Assembly: GCA_951406725.2 (NCBI GenBank)
Contig: OX597814.1
Coordinates: 168,144,001-168,208,000 of the forward strand
Direction: 5' to 3'
Origin: Octopus vulgaris
Lineage: Eukaryota
DNA length: 64,000 nt
Part shown: piece by piece, positions 60,426 through 64,000 of the stretch
How the letters are laid out: each line of letters starts with the position of its first letter
How positions within the stretch are numbered: the stretch's first letter is position 1
The notes under the pieces: model-generated
Seen by the model: the letters and a program-made list of their open reading frames with translations, nothing else
What the model was told of the DNA's origin: nothing
Database searches by the model: none
Program-made: the position numbers and the translations under genes

Positions 60426-60558
60426 TATATTTCTTAAGATGAATTTACATTATGTATACTGTTTATATTAGTTCTACTAGTGCCCTCACTTTGCTGCTTT
60501 CACAACAGCTGAAATGTAATGAAAGCAACAATTAAGATGAGAACACCAATCTGACTTA

Positions 60559-61038
60559 CTGTAAATCCTCAAGTATAATCCGCACTTTTTTCCCAAAATT
60601 TAAAGGTCAAAATCCCTAGTGCGTACTATATATGAGGTTAAAAATGAAAAATATTTTCTAAGTAATGTCCGAGTCTCTATTTGCTGTCCGGCAATGTTTA
60701 TTCAGATGCATTTTGTGATGTCAGGCGTGAAAATACCTTAAATCATCCATAACTTGCAGTTAGCAACATTTATTAAATGTTATTACTGTTATTTTTTTTT
60801 TTTCTGCAAACAAAATTAACAAAAAAGCTACACGTTTGCATTATGTTATATATACAATAATAATAAAGGACGTTACTGTATACATTTTTACAAACCAAGG
60901 ACATTATATAGACCTCCTTGACTCAGGTTAGAGAAGGGGTGCGTATTATATACAAGGTTTAGGTTTTTCAGAGGTACAGCCCCCTAAAAATCCCCTGCGT
61001 ATTATACTCAAGGGCGGACTATATTCGAGGATTTACGG
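60559..61038. mobile_element. Tc2/pogo-like MITE, TA TSD
   Basis: TA|CTGTAAATCCTCAAGTATAATCCGC ... GCGGACTATATTCGAGGATTTACGG|TA; subterminal TGCGTA(C/T)TATA repeats. Confidence 0.85.
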
Positions 61039-61084
61039 TATATAAAAGGAATACATAAATACTCAACAGGTTTTTTACATTTCT

Positions 61085-61588
61085 CTGGCTGTTTGGTTAA
61101 GAAGCTTACTTCCCAACTATGTGGTCTTGGGTTCAGCCCCACTGCATTGCACTTTGGGCAAGGCTGACCAGAGTCTAGTGATTGGATTTGGTTGATAGAA
61201 ACTGAAAGAAGCCTATTGTGTGGCATTTGGAAGGGCAACCAGCTGTAAAAACCATGCAAAATCTGACCTCACCTGTACTGATGTCATGTAAAAAGCACTT
61301 AGTCCACTCTGCAGAGTGGTTAATGTTAGAAAAGGCATCCAACCATAAAAACCCTGCTAAAACAGATGCAGTAGCCTGGGGTAGTCTTTTGCTTGGGTGG
61401 CTGGCTCCTATCAAACTGTCCAGCTCATGCCTACATGAAAGGTGGATAAACAATGATGATGATGGCCAAAGACAAACCACATGTTTGAAACTCAGAGTAC
61501 CAAGGAGTCTGAATCAAACTGTTTTGATCTATACATGTAACTCCCAATAAATGTATTGAGTGCCCTTCTTTCATTTGTCTACTCACTC

Positions 61589-61620
<32 letters not shown>

Positions 61621-61840
61621 TATCTGGATTGATTTGTCCCTGCCCACAACTTGACAACTAGTGTTGGTTTATTTATGTCCTTGTAACTTTGTAGTTTGGC
61701 ATAGGAGATTGATAGAATAAGTACCAGACTAAAAGAAAAAAAAAGCACTAAGGTTAATTTGTTCAACTAAGCCCTTCAAAGCAGTGCAGTGCTTCAGCAC
61801 AGCTGCAATCCAATGACTGAAACAGGCAAAAGATGAAAAA
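61085..61840 (+). mobile_element. Family D SINE interrupted by an RTE tail (~61218-61463)
   Basis: SINE head and core to GAAAGAAGCCTATTG, RTE tail ending in GATGATGATG, SINE body resumes near 61590. Confidence 0.65.
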
Positions 61841-62457
61841 AGAAAACTTTGGATTACAGATCAGGCTTGTTTCACCATGCTTATGACTCATCAGGATTCA
61901 ATGACAGCTCCTCAAACTAGCAAATATTAGCAGTAGAAAGATACTTATCAAAATCTAAACAAGACTGTATCAGACACATTTCATTTACATAATGTTTCAA
62001 GGTTCACTGCATGACATTAATTGCTAGACTAGCAGGGATTTCTCCCCCCCCCCCCCATCACCTCTGTGTATTTATTCTCACTGTGAAATTGGGGCCTGTG
62101 ATTAGCCTGCTCTGTAGCATTATGTGATATGAGAGAAATGTAACTCTGATGCAGTAACAAAATGCTTGCTGTTGATTTGAACTCATGATCCCTGTGGTGC
62201 ATTAAGGAATTAGATTACCGTTTAGAATTAGCCCACAGGGATTGCCCCATCTACACTTATGTGTAAGGTTCAGTTAGTTTTGTAATATATATATATATTC
62301 ATACACTCAGTTTGACTGGGATTTGTTATGTTTTAATATAGTAATTACATCAGTTTAAATTAATTGTAAACTCTGTCAGATTCAGATATAACCATAGGAG
62401 AAATATGGAGAAGTGGGGCTGTTTGTCTGTTTAGTTTCTTACCTGTAAAAATTTGCT

Positions 62458-62492
<35 letters not shown>

Positions 62493-63554
62493 AATATTAA
62501 TTTCTCTCCCTATTTTCCCTGACAGCACTGAGTGCCAATATTTACATTAGTCAAAATATCAAATGTTAAATCCTGTGAACCCCTGCTTGTAATTTGATCT
62601 GTGGTTTCCTTTTGGGGAGGAGAAGGCTATTTATTGTTGTTGTTGTTGCGTCTATCATCATCATTATTCTATAAAGCCAACATTTTTTTTCTCATTTTGG
62701 TAATGTATCCTGTGTACAGTAATGTACAAGCAATGTGTGTAGGATTTAATTGACAGGGAAGGACAGTTAAATCCATGTATAAACTTAATCTCTTGCCCTC
62801 TCTCTCTCTCACACACACACTTGTACATACACATGTTTATATAACTACTTTCATAATCAGTCATTTGTTTAATTCTGTGTCTTACTTTAAAATTTTACTG
62901 TTATTTCTTTCTACTGTCAATTATTTAAGAAATTTTAGTTTCCTAGTATGCAATACATGTAAAAGCTTACTTTGTGTATTGCTTCAGTATCACTAAAGAG
63001 GAGAATTTATGACTAATTAAAGAAATTCCACTGAGGCCATCATCTGACCTGATAATGTCTGAAGTGCAAATTCATGGAATAGTACCATGAGCATTGGTCA
63101 GTGGGCAGGGGTGGGGAGCAGTGAGTGAGGGTTGCTTTGACATAGTCAAACTTGTTAGAAATTGCAGCCAAATCAACCTCAAATCATAAATTATCATCTT
63201 AAAAAAAAAGACACAATGAACAGTGTGTGTGTGTTGTCGTGGTCCTAGATATACAAAAAAGTTGATAGTGATGTCTGGGTAGAACTATAAAACTATATTC
63301 AATCAAGGTTGAAACAGCACTAAACTACTATTGCTGCTGTTGCTATCACCACCACCATCACTACTGCTGTATTTCAAGATAAGTGTACTGGGTACATACA
63401 AGCAGCTGTGTGGGGCTGGTTGGCAATCAGTATTTCTACATTAGTTTTGATGTATAGACACAAGCAGGTCCTGTAAAGTGAATGATAATCAGATGTGTCA
63501 TAATTTAGTGATAAACATTTAATCGTTCTTCTTCAACACTATTTTATCTTTTAG

Positions 63555-63745
63555 AAAAGTCTAGAGAAGTGTTATACTCTTCTATCATTCTGAGTTCAAA
63601 TTCTGCTGAGGTTGACTTTTTACCTCTTGTCCTTTCAGGGTTGATAAAATAGGTACCAGTTGAGCACTGGCATCAATATAATCAACTAGCTTTCTCTGCT
63701 CCCAAAATTTCAGGCCTGGTACCTATTGTAGAAAGACTTATTATT
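63555..63745 (+). mobile_element. Nin-domain SINE (head degenerate)
   Basis: GTTCAAATTCTGCTGAGGTTGAC..CCTTTCAGGGTTGATAAAATAGGTACCAG..CCAAAATTTCAGGCCT. Confidence 0.7.
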
Positions 63746-63760
63746 ATGGGAACTTTTTGA

Positions 63761-64000
63761 AACCATAGACAGGTATTGAAAATCTTTGCAGACGATTTCA
63801 AACTCCAGAAGGCCATAAGTGGTATGGGAGACCGAACATGCCTTCAATCGGATCTGTTTGCTGTTGTCCAATGGGTGGGAAAGAACAGTATGCTTCTAAA
63901 TGAAAATAAGTTTAATTTGATCCATTTTGGAAAAGAGGATACACTGAAACTACCATATGCCCTTCCCTCGGGCGACTCTCTAGTATCATCAAACAACACC
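63761..64000 (+). mobile_element. CR1/L2-group LINE reverse transcriptase fragment (runs off the window)
   Basis: Open frame LKIFADDFKLQKAI..LQSDLFAVVQWVGKNSMLLNENKFNLIHFG: FADD motif plus LQ.DL..W...N.M.LN..K. Confidence 0.85.

Larger units (their letters stand above)
3277..64000 (+). other. Probable intron 1 of the DDAH-like gene (>60 kb, open at the window end)
   Basis: GT donor at 3277. No exon encoding the expected next DDAH segment (..LDGGDVLFTG..) was recognised downstream; a diverged exon could have been missed by eye. Confidence 0.6.

Overview
AT-rich animal DNA dense in microsatellites and transposons; the SINE/LINE/MITE repertoire looks like an Octopus (cephalopod) genome (judged by eye, no database search). 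The only host-gene coding sequence I can support is the first coding exon of a dimethylarginine dimethylaminohydrolase (DDAH)-like gene (3001-3276, +). It ends at a phase-0 GT donor at the same codon as vertebrate DDAH1 exon 1. I saw no exon 2, so the remaining ~60.7 kb is probably one large intron. That intron holds a 5'-truncated RTE LINE with an open 822-codon frame carrying a PHD finger inside the RT C-terminal region, about 15 short RTE 3'-tail copies, CR1, CR1-Zenon-like, SR2-like RTE and R4/Dong-like LINE fragments, three tRNA-SINE families, piggyBac-type (TTAA) and Tc2/pogo-type (TA) MITEs, a fold-back mariner and a non-autonomous Helitron. The most notable signals are RNA structures: a minimal type I hammerhead ribozyme in a Penelope-like insert (9882-9926), a highly structured RTE 5'-UTR that may be a decayed HDV-like ribozyme (48218-48370), and several long inverted repeats that would form dsRNA in the pre-mRNA. 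Most ORF-track entries are spurious. Repeat boundaries are read by eye and are approximate unless a TSD or TIR is quoted.
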